Assembly (NCBI GenBank): GCA_965216295.1
Contig: OZ244141.1
Location: 429,772 to 493,771, forward strand
Length of the DNA: 64,000 bases
Source of the DNA: Minisyncoccota bacterium
GTDB lineage: Bacteria; Patescibacteriota; Minisyncoccia; Phycocordibacterales; JABAAK01
Direction: 5' to 3'
A program made the position numbers and the translations under genes. Every line of letters starts with the position of its first letter. Within the stretch, counting starts at the first letter, position 1. The notes below the pieces were generated by a model. It was not told the DNA's origin. It searched no databases and saw only the letters and a list, made by a program, of their open reading frames with translations. This document shows positions 1-10,002 of the stretch, in pieces.

Positions 1-1509
1 TGTGCGTTCTTTTGTATCCGTATATTCATTGAGAAAACGAAGTTCACCGATAGCTTCGTAAGTACTTGTATCAACAAGCGGCAAGTAGTTTCCAATCTCT
101 TTCATCTGAGCAACAACAAATTCTGGTATGGGTATGCTTTCTTTTTTAAGAAAGTTTCGTGCCACACACACTGTCTCCTGAAGTTTTTCTTTACCATATA
201 GAGCCATTCGTTTTGGAGGTTTCACAGAGATGGTGGTACCACGATGAATCCGCTCTTGAAAATCTCCAAGAGAACGCTCTACCGCATCACGACTAATATC
301 ACAAAACGAAGCCACCGAAGAGATAGCACCATCTCGGGAAAGCGTATCAGACATACCTGCCACAATTGATAACACGTTTTCTTTCACAGCACGAATTCTA
401 TCCTGATCTTTCTTTGGATACTTTTTTGCAACATCATGGAGAAGAAAATCAATAATGTGAGTTGCCTCTTTAACACTACGCTTCCATATTTCTTCATCAC
501 GAACGATAACCTCTGCTGGGTCTTCTCCTTTCGGTAATGTTACTAACTTCACATCCATACCAAGACGCAAAGCGATTGTTGCGGTTCGTATGGCAGCACG
601 TAATCCGGCTTCATCTTGATCAAACGCAAGGAGTATTTTATTAGAAAACTGCTTGAGTAGACGAATGTGCTGTTCAGTGACTGCAGTTCCCGATACCGCA
701 ACAGCAACAGGAAAACCCATTTGGTGCGATAGTATAACATCAGTAGGACCTTCTACAAGAATGGAAAAACCGTGCCGGCGTATATGTTTTTTAGCAAAGT
801 AGAGTCCGTACAAATATTTCGACTTATGAAACACGGATGTCTCTGGTGTGTTGATATATTTTGGTTCATCACTATTTCCCTCTTGCACCTTCCTACCAGA
901 AAAACCGACAATACGACCATCGATGTCATGAAATGGAAAGATAATACGCCCACGAAACCTATCATATATGCCACGAGTATTAGTAGCACACAACCCAGCT
1001 TGTTCAACAGCCACCTTCGACTTTCTCCCTAACGTTCCAGAAATGGTATCCCACACAGAAGGAGCAAAACCTATTTCCCACACTGCAATAGTCTCAAGAC
1101 GTAATCCACGATTAAGAAGAAGTTTTTTTTCTTTGTCGGTAAGAAGAGATTGATATGTACTCTTTGCCTGTATTAAGGTGTCATATATTGTTTGCCATGT
1201 ACCACTCTGTACTTTTTTATATTTTGAAAGATCGATACCAGCCTTCTCAGCGAGCAGTTGAAAACTTTCTTTAAAATCTATTCCCTCAACTTCCTGAATG
1301 AATGTAAAAATATCACCACCCTTTTGAGAGGAAAAACAGTAAAAGACACCTTTATCTGGTGAAACAAAGAATGATGGTGTTTTCTCGTTGGTAAATGGTG
1401 ACTTCCCTTTCAAACTATTCCCTGAAGATTGCAAGGCAACATAGGGAGAGACGACATCAACGATACTGACCCGTTCTTTAATGACTTCCTTGATGGCACG
1501 ATAATCCAT
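1..1509 (-). CDS. dnaG: DNA primase (C-terminus runs off window start)
   Basis: Not in ORF track (no stop in window). Manual translation from ATG at 1509: MDYRAIKEVIKERVSIVDVVSPYVALQSSGNSLKGKSPFTNEKTPSFFVSPDKGVFYCFSS; later DRFSGRIIFPF, KYINTPET, TOPRIM VEGPTD and WMDVK...PKGEDPAE. Confidence 0.93.
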   Translation of the reverse strand, partial: MDYRAIKEVIKERVSIVDVVSPYVALQSSGNSLKGKSPFTNEKTPSFFVSPDKGVFYCFSSQKGGDIFTFIQEVEGIDFKESFQLLAEKAGIDLSKYKKVQSGTWQTIYDTLIQAKSTYQSLLTDKEKKLLLNRGLRLETIAVWEIGFAPSVWDTISGTLGRKSKVAVEQAGLCATNTRGIYDRFRGRIIFPFHDIDGRIVGFSGRKVQEGNSDEPKYINTPETSVFHKSKYLYGLYFAKKHIRRHGFSILVEGPTDVILSHQMGFPVAVAVSGTAVTEQHIRLLKQFSNKILLAFDQDEAGLRAAIRTATIALRLGMDVKLVTLPKGEDPAEVIVRDEEIWKRSVKEATHIIDFLLHDVAKKYPKKDQDRIRAVKENVLSIVAGMSDTLSRDGAISSVASFCDISRDAVERSLGDFQERIHRGTTISVKPPKRMALYGKEKLQETVCVARNFLKKESIPIPEFVVAQMKEIGNYLPLVDTSTYEAIGELRFLNEYTDTKERT

Positions 1510-1565
1510 ACTCCAATAGTACTCTAACGCCAATAACTAAGCCAACTCATCCACAAAGTCGCTCC

Positions 1566-4500
1566 TTATTCGTTCATCCCCTGTTTTTTCTCTAATGATG
1601 CTTCTTTTGCCTTATTCTCTAGTATTTTTTCTCGTATTCCTGCACGAAGTATTTCCATCCGTTCATATTTCTTACTCCCCTTAAATGCACTCCCGATAGG
1701 GACAAGACGACCTAAGATAACATTTTCCTTCAAACCGTCAAGCGTATCACTAGCACCATTAAGTGCTGAGCGTATCAAAACATTCGTTGTGTTTTGGAAT
1801 GATGCCGCAGAAAGGAAGTTGCTTCTCGTTGTAGAAACATTCACTAATCCAGTTACCCGTGGCTCTGCTTTGATAGGATTTTTGCCTTGATTTTCTAATT
1901 TCTCATTGATTGTGAGAAGTTCACTCATTTCAATAATTTCACCTTCAGTAAATGGAGCATCTCCAGGATCTTTGATAATAAAGCGGCTAAACATTTGCCG
2001 AATAATGACTTCAAAGTGTACTGGTGCAATATCAACTCCCTGCAATTCATACACCTTATTCACTTCAGCAAAAATATACTCTTGAACAAATTCTTTGTTT
2101 GTATAGATAAGCAATTTATCAAGATCTGCAGAACCATCGGTAAGGAATTGACCTTTCTTGACGTCTTGCCCTTTTGAAACAATGAGGTATCGATTCTTTG
2201 GGATAAAGTAAGTGGTGTCACGAAGTGGTGTTTTCTTTCCATCGACAGGAATAATAGAAAGCATGTTGCCATCACCTGGTTGTTTTTCAACTTCTCCGAT
2301 AGTACCGTCAATATGTGAAACAATAGCCATCGCTTTAGGAATCTGTTTATCAAAAATCTCTTGAATACGTGGTAGTCCAGCAGTAATATCACCACCAACA
2401 GCAGCAACACCACCAGCGTGGAATGTACGCATAGTAAGCTGCGTTCCTGGTTCACCAATTGACTGTGCCGCAATACAACCAGCTGGCTCACCAATGTCAG
2501 TTAGTGTATCGGTCGCCTTATCATCACCGTAGCATTTGATACACACACCACGAGCAAATCGACATGTAACAGGAGAACGAAGCTTCACGATTTCAATAGT
2601 CTCATCATCTTCAATTTGTTTTGCTTCAGCATGATCAATATACTGATTCTTTTTCACAATAACTCCCTTGTGACCAACAATCTCAGTTGCAGCAAAACGA
2701 CCTTTGACTCGTTGTGCAAATGAAAGCGTTACTCCTGATGGCGTTTTACGGAATAATTGAAAACCTCGAGTTGTTCCACAATCTAATCCTTCAATCACCA
2801 CTTCTTGCGCAACATCAAAGAGTCGTCGTGACAAGTACCCCGCATCAGCAGTTTTCAGTGCCGTATCACTCAATCCTTTACGAGCACCGTACGAGAAGTT
2901 GAAGTATTGGATAGGGTGCAGCCCCCCTTTAATTGATGAAGTAATCGCCTCTTCAACTGGATCACCTTTTGCGGAGTCAACGATACCCAACATACCAACC
3001 AATTTACTCAATGTATTAACGTCACCACGAGCACCAGAGAAAATCATATCACCGATAGGAGAATCATTTGGAATTGCTTCTTTCACCAACACATCAATTT
3101 CACTTTTAATCTGTTGCCATATTTCAATATTTTTACGCTTCCTTTCATCACTAGAGAGCAATCCTTGGTTGTACTGTTCATGTACCTTTTTCGTTTCTTG
3201 GAAACCATACTGAATTCTATCCTTAGCACTCTCTGGAACGAGAAGATCACTCCAGGAAAATGTTGTTCCAGAATCAGTTGCGAAACGGAAACCGAATTGT
3301 TTGATAGCATCAAAATAGATGGTCACCTCATCAAGATTATACTTCTTGACAATCGTCTTGGTAAGATTTTTGAGAGCACTATTAGTCATCTGCTCATTGA
3401 TAAAGGGCATGTCTTTCGGTAGTTTATTGTTAAAGAGAAGACGACCTACCGTTGTTCTCATTTTTTTACCTGCATATGAACCATATTTTGCTTTTTCAGA
3501 AGCAAGGATGATGATGGGAGTACGAATTGTTACCACACCATAGTCATACGCGGTCACTGCTTCATTGATAGAAGTAAAGTAAGGAACGTGCTCACTATCA
3601 GTTTTCTCCTCTGCCGTTGCCCAATAACATCCAAGCACCACATCGTGCTTTGTTGGAGAAACATTAATCTCACCAGAACCAGGTTTAATGATATTCTTTT
3701 TGGATATCATAAATTCACGTGCTTCCATTTGTGCCTCTTCAGAGAGTGGTACATGCACTGCCATCTGGTCACCATCAAAGTCAGCGTTATACGCTTCACA
3801 AACAAGAGGATGTAATTCAATAGCCTTTCCTTCAACCAAAGTTGGTTTGAATGCTTGAATACCTTGGCGGTGAAGTGTTGGCTGACGATTCAAGAGAACG
3901 TACCGATTTTGTATAACTTTCTCAAGTATTTCCCAGACAACATCATTTCTGTCATCAATAATACGGGTGGCGCCACGAATGTTGTGTGCCAACTCTCGTT
4001 CTAAAATCTGAGCGATGATGAACGGACGGAATAACTCTAACGCCATTTCCTTTGGCAATCCACACTCATCAAGCTTTAAGCTTGGGCCAACAACAATCAC
4101 TGAACGACCAGAATAGTCAACACGCTTACCAAGTAAGTTTGCACGGAAGTATCCTTGCTTCCCGCCAAGGTATTCAGAAATTGATTTTAATTGGCGTGAT
4201 TGATTCCTATTAAAACTATTCGCTGTGTTATACCGAATTGAGTTATCAAGCAGTGCATCAACTGACTCTTGCACAAGTCGTTTCTGTGTATCGATAAATA
4301 TTTTTGGTGCTTTGTTCTGTATGAAATTTTTCAAACGTGTGTTTCTAATAATAACAAGACGATACAAGTCATTGACATCTGAACTTGCGTACCGACCTCC
4401 TTCAAGTGACACCAACGGACGAATACCAGGAGGGATAACAGGAAGATGGTTCAGAAACATCCACTCTGGCTGATTACCTGACTGGATAAATGATCGAACA

Positions 4501-5270
4501 AGGACGAGACGTTTCTTTAATTTGTCTGACTGAGCAACGGTTGCTGTTTCAATATGTTTTTCCAAACTCTTCTCTAATTTTTTTAAATCAAGCTTTTTGA
4601 CAGCGTTGTACACTACTTCAGCTCCCTTCTCTGCTGTGAACAATTGAGGAAATTTCTTTGTAAGTATGTAGTACGTTGCCTCATCGATAATACTTCCTTC
4701 ATTAATTGAAGAAAGATGTTTCACTTGACTACGATAAGTACTTTGCAACATTTGTTGTGTTTCTTTTCGTTCTGCTTTTTTCAATTTCTCATCAATCTCT
4801 CCTTTCAGTTGTTTTTCATATACTTTTCTTTGTGCTTCATCAACACTAATCACCAAGTAAGCGGCGTAGTAGACAACTTTTTGCAATGCCTGTGCAGGCA
4901 ATCCCAACAACTGTGCGATACGAGATGGTGTTTTGCGAAGATACCACACATGCGTTACTGGTGTTGCTAGTGATATGTGTCCCATCCGCTCGCGACGAAC
5001 AACCGATCGAGTTATTTCCACCTCACACTTATCACACGTAATTCCCTGATACTGAATCCCTTTGTACTTCCCACAACTACATTGAAAGTCCTGTTCTGGT
5101 CCAAAAATACGTTCACAGAATAATCCGTGACGTTCTGGCTTTTGTGTACGATAATTGATTGTTTCTGGTTTCTGCACCTCACCTTCAGACCATGAGAGAA
5201 CATCATCCGGAGAAGCAAGTGTGAGCTTCATTGAATCAAATCGGTTTGTTTTTTTAATTGTTTTACGCAT
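1566..5270 (-). CDS. rpoC: RNA polymerase beta' subunit
   Basis: NADFDGDQMAVH catalytic motif, LLGKRVDYSGRSVI, GEPGTQLTMRTFH, N-terminal Zn finger. Confidence 0.99.
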   Translation of the reverse strand: MRKTIKKTNRFDSMKLTLASPDDVLSWSEGEVQKPETINYRTQKPERHGLFCERIFGPEQDFQCSCGKYKGIQYQGITCDKCEVEITRSVVRRERMGHISLATPVTHVWYLRKTPSRIAQLLGLPAQALQKVVYYAAYLVISVDEAQRKVYEKQLKGEIDEKLKKAERKETQQMLQSTYRSQVKHLSSINEGSIIDEATYYILTKKFPQLFTAEKGAEVVYNAVKKLDLKKLEKSLEKHIETATVAQSDKLKKRLVLVRSFIQSGNQPEWMFLNHLPVIPPGIRPLVSLEGGRYASSDVNDLYRLVIIRNTRLKNFIQNKAPKIFIDTQKRLVQESVDALLDNSIRYNTANSFNRNQSRQLKSISEYLGGKQGYFRANLLGKRVDYSGRSVIVVGPSLKLDECGLPKEMALELFRPFIIAQILERELAHNIRGATRIIDDRNDVVWEILEKVIQNRYVLLNRQPTLHRQGIQAFKPTLVEGKAIELHPLVCEAYNADFDGDQMAVHVPLSEEAQMEAREFMISKKNIIKPGSGEINVSPTKHDVVLGCYWATAEEKTDSEHVPYFTSINEAVTAYDYGVVTIRTPIIILASEKAKYGSYAGKKMRTTVGRLLFNNKLPKDMPFINEQMTNSALKNLTKTIVKKYNLDEVTIYFDAIKQFGFRFATDSGTTFSWSDLLVPESAKDRIQYGFQETKKVHEQYNQGLLSSDERKRKNIEIWQQIKSEIDVLVKEAIPNDSPIGDMIFSGARGDVNTLSKLVGMLGIVDSAKGDPVEEAITSSIKGGLHPIQYFNFSYGARKGLSDTALKTADAGYLSRRLFDVAQEVVIEGLDCGTTRGFQLFRKTPSGVTLSFAQRVKGRFAATEIVGHKGVIVKKNQYIDHAEAKQIEDDETIEIVKLRSPVTCRFARGVCIKCYGDDKATDTLTDIGEPAGCIAAQSIGEPGTQLTMRTFHAGGVAAVGGDITAGLPRIQEIFDKQIPKAMAIVSHIDGTIGEVEKQPGDGNMLSIIPVDGKKTPLRDTTYFIPKNRYLIVSKGQDVKKGQFLTDGSADLDKLLIYTNKEFVQEYIFAEVNKVYELQGVDIAPVHFEVIIRQMFSRFIIKDPGDAPFTEGEIIEMSELLTINEKLENQGKNPIKAEPRVTGLVNVSTTRSNFLSAASFQNTTNVLIRSALNGASDTLDGLKENVILGRLVPIGSAFKGSKKYERMEILRAGIREKILENKAKEASLEKKQGMNE

Positions 5271-5276
5271 AATGAA

Positions 5277-8200
5277 TTATTCTTCTTCTTTTTCCGAATC
5301 AACGAACTGTGCATCCAACCCCAAACCACGCAAGTAGTACAGCAATACGTTAAAAGATGCAGGAATACCTGATTGGGTAATCGGTTCACCACGGATAATA
5401 GCGTTGTACGCTGAAGACCTTCCATTAATATCATCCGATTTTATGGTGAGCATTTCACGAAGTGTGTATGCAGCACCATGACCCAACAGCGCCCACACTT
5501 CCATTTCCCCCATTCTCTGGCCACCACGACGTGAACGACCACCGAGCGGTTGTTGGGAAACTAATGAGTATGGTCCGATAGAACGCATGTGAATTTTGTC
5601 ATCCACCATGTGTTCAAGTTTCATGATATACATCCATCCAATAGCAATTGGTGCATTAAACGCCTGTCCAGTCTTGCCGTCATAGAGGGTAATTTTACCA
5701 GTCTTTGGAAATCCTGCTTTCTCCATTTCACCGCGCAACTCCTCTTCGCTAATTGAGGTAAATGGTGGTATCACTGCCTGATAGTTCAACGATTCTGCAA
5801 CTAACCCAAGGTGAAGTTCTAAAATCTGACCAAGGTTCTGACGAGACGGAACTCCTAGAGGAGTGAGTAACACATCAAGTGGTTCACCATTCTCATCGAA
5901 TGGCATATCCTCCACGGGCAACACTCTTGAAATAACCCCTTTATTTCCATGCCGATTTGCCAACTTATCACCTTCTTGTATCACACGAAGAACAGCAATG
6001 GTGATGCGTACTTGCTTGATAACACCTGAATCAAGAGTATAACCATCTTCACGATTACGAATCTGAACACTAATAACTCTTCCCGTCTTACCAGCAGGCA
6101 GGGTGAGTGATGTATCCTTCATGTCTTTTGCTTTGTCACCAAAGATAGATTGCAGTAACCGCTCTTCTGCTGAGAGATGGGTTTCGCCACGAGGAGTCAC
6201 TTTACCAACTAAAATATCTCCTGGGTAAACATCAGAGCCAACACGAGCAATACCATCCGGATCAAGGTTACGAAGACGATATTCAGAGACGTTAGGGATG
6301 TCTGCGGTTGATACCTCTGGACCAATCTTGGTCTCCCGAACATCAACAGAAAACTCTTCAGCTTCAATGCTCGTCAAAGTATCATTCTCAATCAATCGTC
6401 GAGATATGACAATTGCGTCTTCGTAGTTTGCTCCCTCATTACAAATGAACCCAACACGCAGGTTTTTTCCCAAAGCAATTTGCCCATCATCAGTCGAAGC
6501 GGTATTTGCAAGAATGTCTCCCTTCTTTACTTTTTGTCCAAGTCGAACGCTTGGTCTCTGGTGTGTAGAAAATGTTTTTGCATTAGTGAGTACAAACAAT
6601 TGCAACTTGTACTGCTTCTTTCCTTGATCGGTTTTCAGCGTTATCTGTGTAGCGTCAATAGAAACGACTTCCCCTGCTTCTTCAGCGATTAACATTCTAC
6701 CGCTTGCTCGTGCAAATAATTCTTCATACCCCGTTGCTACCAATGGTGCTTCTGGATAAAGGCATGGAACTGCTTGTCGTTGTATGTTTGAACCGAATGC
6801 TGCTCGAGCAGGTATGTTATTTAAAATAAAAGGTATGAGAGTGGTAGATGCAGAGAGCATTTGTCCTGATGCAACATCAACATATGAAACATTCTCTGGG
6901 GTGACATGTTTAAAAACACCCTTATGACGAACGGGTACCTGAGGTGTCGTGATAGCTCCTTTCTCATCAACCTCTATTGTTGCGGGAGCGACATAACACA
7001 CCTCTTCCTGATCAGCAGTGAGATAGTCTACCTTGTCGGTCAACACACCGTTAACAACTTTGCGGTATGGTACCTCTAAAAGCCCGTATTCATTGAATCG
7101 TGCGTAGAGTGACATGTGCAACACGAGACCAATGTTTGCTCCCTCTGATGAGTGAACAGGACAAATCCTACCATAGTGAGAAGGATGAATATCTCGCACA
7201 GCAATACCAGCATGTTCACGCATGAGACCACCACGACCCAAGGCTGAGAGCGTTCGGACATGCTCTATCTCATCCAGTATGTTGTGTTGCTTTAATGTTT
7301 GTGAAAGTTGGTTGGTACTAAAGAAGCTCTGTACCGTTGTTTTAAAGATTCTCAAATTGAGAATATCAGTTGGATTCTGCAACATAGTGGGATCAGTCGT
7401 GACCATCCTATCTTTTGTATTCTTTCGCATACGAACAACACCAGTTCGTACGTGTTCTCGGATAAGTTCACCAACTGGTCGAACTCGTCTCGTTGTTAAA
7501 TTATCAATATCATCTTCAACAGCACCAGGATCATTATTGAGACGCACAATTTCTTTAACAATACAGACAATATCTTCCAAGGTAAGATGTCTTTCCTGCA
7601 GTGACTTTGCATCAAGAGAACGGTTGAATCGTCGGTTCAAGTTAACACGCCCCATTTGAGATAAATCATACCATTGTGGTGAAAATTTACCCTCAATCAC
7701 CTCCTTTGCTTTAAGAGTATTAATTGGTTCACCACTTCGAACAGTGCGATATATATTTAACCAAACATCATCCATCACTTGCGCTTCATCAATAGCGAAT
7801 GTATCTTTAATGGCTTGCAGTGCCTTGTCGTCATCTTCAAAAAGTCGAAGTACTTCAGCTTGGGTTTGTGGTCCAAATGCTCGTATAAAAGTAGTAACGG
7901 GTAATTTTCGAACGCTTTGGTCAATACGCACAACTACCCTTCCGTTGAGATCACTTTCAAAAACAACCCAAACACCATGTCCTTTCATTGGACGCACCTC
8001 AGCACCAAAAGTTCCTTGTCCTTTCAAACGCATCTCTTGAAAGAAACGAACACCGTCTGCACGCACCAACTGTGAAACAATGACACGCTCAACGCCATTA
8101 ATGATAAAAGAACTGTGTGGTGTTATAATCGGTATATCCACAAAGAGTACCTCTTCTTCTTTCGTCGTCCCTGTCACCTTATTCACCAATCGTATTGTTG

Positions 8201-8453
8201 CCTTGAATGGTGCACTGTAATCAGTCAGTTGATGTTTTGCCTCTTTCGGCGTTAACGATGGTTCACCAATACTCCAAGAAACAAATTCAATTGAGAAACG
8301 TTCATTCGTATCAACGATGGGAAAAAATTCTTTAAATAGTTTTTCTAAACCTTTATGTAAAAAATCCTCATACGATTTCTGTTGGAAACCGATGAGGTCT
8401 GTTTTTGCAATAAATGGCTCTCGATACGATGCAAAAGTTTTCTTAGTGCGCAT
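5277..8453 (-). CDS. rpoB: RNA polymerase beta subunit
   Basis: INGVERVIVSQL, GDKLANRHGNKGV, GQRMGEMEVWAL. Start set at ATG 8453 (MRTKKTF) rather than ORF-track 8513. Confidence 0.98.
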   Translation of the reverse strand: MRTKKTFASYREPFIAKTDLIGFQQKSYEDFLHKGLEKLFKEFFPIVDTNERFSIEFVSWSIGEPSLTPKEAKHQLTDYSAPFKATIRLVNKVTGTTKEEEVLFVDIPIITPHSSFIINGVERVIVSQLVRADGVRFFQEMRLKGQGTFGAEVRPMKGHGVWVVFESDLNGRVVVRIDQSVRKLPVTTFIRAFGPQTQAEVLRLFEDDDKALQAIKDTFAIDEAQVMDDVWLNIYRTVRSGEPINTLKAKEVIEGKFSPQWYDLSQMGRVNLNRRFNRSLDAKSLQERHLTLEDIVCIVKEIVRLNNDPGAVEDDIDNLTTRRVRPVGELIREHVRTGVVRMRKNTKDRMVTTDPTMLQNPTDILNLRIFKTTVQSFFSTNQLSQTLKQHNILDEIEHVRTLSALGRGGLMREHAGIAVRDIHPSHYGRICPVHSSEGANIGLVLHMSLYARFNEYGLLEVPYRKVVNGVLTDKVDYLTADQEEVCYVAPATIEVDEKGAITTPQVPVRHKGVFKHVTPENVSYVDVASGQMLSASTTLIPFILNNIPARAAFGSNIQRQAVPCLYPEAPLVATGYEELFARASGRMLIAEEAGEVVSIDATQITLKTDQGKKQYKLQLFVLTNAKTFSTHQRPSVRLGQKVKKGDILANTASTDDGQIALGKNLRVGFICNEGANYEDAIVISRRLIENDTLTSIEAEEFSVDVRETKIGPEVSTADIPNVSEYRLRNLDPDGIARVGSDVYPGDILVGKVTPRGETHLSAEERLLQSIFGDKAKDMKDTSLTLPAGKTGRVISVQIRNREDGYTLDSGVIKQVRITIAVLRVIQEGDKLANRHGNKGVISRVLPVEDMPFDENGEPLDVLLTPLGVPSRQNLGQILELHLGLVAESLNYQAVIPPFTSISEEELRGEMEKAGFPKTGKITLYDGKTGQAFNAPIAIGWMYIMKLEHMVDDKIHMRSIGPYSLVSQQPLGGRSRRGGQRMGEMEVWALLGHGAAYTLREMLTIKSDDINGRSSAYNAIIRGEPITQSGIPASFNVLLYYLRGLGLDAQFVDSEKEEE

Positions 8454-8583
8454 ATACCTCTGTATAGATGTCCCCACCACCACACACGCTTCAGTAAGCG
8501 GACCAATAGCCAAATGTCACCTACGCAATGCAATGCAATAATACACAGATGTTGCCTTAGTTGTCAACTACCCAACGAAACAT

Positions 8584-9975
8584 TCACGGAGTGATTGACT
8601 CTTCGTCCGAAGATCCGTCACCACCTCTATCCTGCTTTTCTAAAGTAATTTTTGCTTTTGTTGATGGCATTGTTGATATCCAAAATGGGAAAATAGTAAT
8701 ATCATTGACTGTTACAACCTGTGGATACTGAGTTCGAATAATACTTCTCACCTCACCTTCCTTCTTACCAGAGATAGATTCTAAGAATGTTATATTATTG
8801 ATATCCCACAAAATAGTTGCCGATCCTGCAAGGGAGAAAGAAAATTGCTGTGATTTGGCAACATCAAAGTTATCCTCATTGCTACCAGAAATGGCGATAG
8901 TAAGTGTTTCTTCTGCTATTGAATCTGGTAAAATAGTATCACCAGAAGTGGTTGCGTATTTTTCTGTAACATACCGCGCAAGAAGTGTTGCAACATCTTT
9001 CTTTCTAAATTCAATAGCATACAAGGTTCCTCGTAAATTAAGAACAACCGCTGTATCAGTCTGTGTTTCCTCCAATTCTTCAAAAGTAATAAAGATACCA
9101 TCCTCAAAGACCACACGTTCAGTACCAAGTGTATTCGTCTTCAAAGCATCTTCAAGGCGAACCCGTAAAACCTGTTCTATCTCCTGCTGCAGTCTTTCGA
9201 TGGCACTTTCTCTTGCAGCTTCATTAGGAACAAGTATCTCACCAGAAAAACCGCCAGATATTTTTGTTTTCGTGAGTGCGTAAGAATTTGCATCTTCTTT
9301 GTACTTCGCTAATCCAGGTATACTCAACCGCTTCCCTATCTCGTTAATATCATACTGACTACCATTGCCCGGCGCACCGAGAGCATCAGCCTCAATATCG
9401 ACATCTTTGGTACCAGGACGAAACTCACCACCAACTGTCTTTCCACCAGGAACGGATTGTCGTGATGTTGTTCTGTAAATACGACCATCGGATGTTTTGA
9501 AGCGAGTTCTATTAACAAGATCAAGTGTTTCACCACTGGTGTTAGTGTTATAAACAGTGATGGTACCCGATGATTTTTCATGTCGTGTCTCGCGATTAAC
9601 ATCAGTAATTGTTGTCTCTTTATTAAAACGAATAGGGGCAGACACATGGTACGGCAAATCACCCATACGAGATGGTGCCAGCGTTGCCTCAAAGACAGTA
9701 CTGCTATCAACAGCGACAGTCGCTGATGCAAGTGTCACATTCACCCGTGCGCTTGAAAAAGTTGTACTCAATGCAACAACAATAATCACGACGACAATAA
9801 TGATAATACTGATGAGACGGTTTATTTTTCGACGTGCATGTTGATCTCTTCGATCTGGTCGTGGTGGTAAACCATTCGTATCATTACTTCGATTTCGACG
9901 AGTTGTACTACGAAGTCCTGTCCTCTCAATTGAGCGCAAGCCCCTTTTTGTATCTCCTTCTTTCCTATCTTGCAT
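8584..9975 (-). CDS. Single-pass membrane protein, CPR-type, resembling baseplate J-like region (KSSGTITVYN, TRFKTSDG, ISGG)
   Basis: 463 aa ORF, one N-terminal TM helix; family assignment from recalled pattern only. Confidence 0.55.
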   Translation of the reverse strand: MQDRKEGDTKRGLRSIERTGLRSTTRRNRSNDTNGLPPRPDRRDQHARRKINRLISIIIIVVVIIVVALSTTFSSARVNVTLASATVAVDSSTVFEATLAPSRMGDLPYHVSAPIRFNKETTITDVNRETRHEKSSGTITVYNTNTSGETLDLVNRTRFKTSDGRIYRTTSRQSVPGGKTVGGEFRPGTKDVDIEADALGAPGNGSQYDINEIGKRLSIPGLAKYKEDANSYALTKTKISGGFSGEILVPNEAARESAIERLQQEIEQVLRVRLEDALKTNTLGTERVVFEDGIFITFEELEETQTDTAVVLNLRGTLYAIEFRKKDVATLLARYVTEKYATTSGDTILPDSIAEETLTIAISGSNEDNFDVAKSQQFSFSLAGSATILWDINNITFLESISGKKEGEVRSIIRTQYPQVVTVNDITIFPFWISTMPSTKAKITLEKQDRGGDGSSDEESITP

Positions 9976-10002
9976 ACCTATCTACACCTTCACTATACAC
10001 CA

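Noticed and set aside
549-1153. Short ORFs listed in the track at 549-1153
   Set aside because: They are shadows of dnaG (1-1509, minus), which the track missed because it lacks a stop in the window. The many antisense ORFs over rpoBC, uvr and synthetase genes were dismissed likewise.
8584-9975. Prophage or contractile tail locus suggested by the baseplate J-like protein
   Set aside because: Single TM-anchored gene between alaS and rpoB, with no other phage structural genes.
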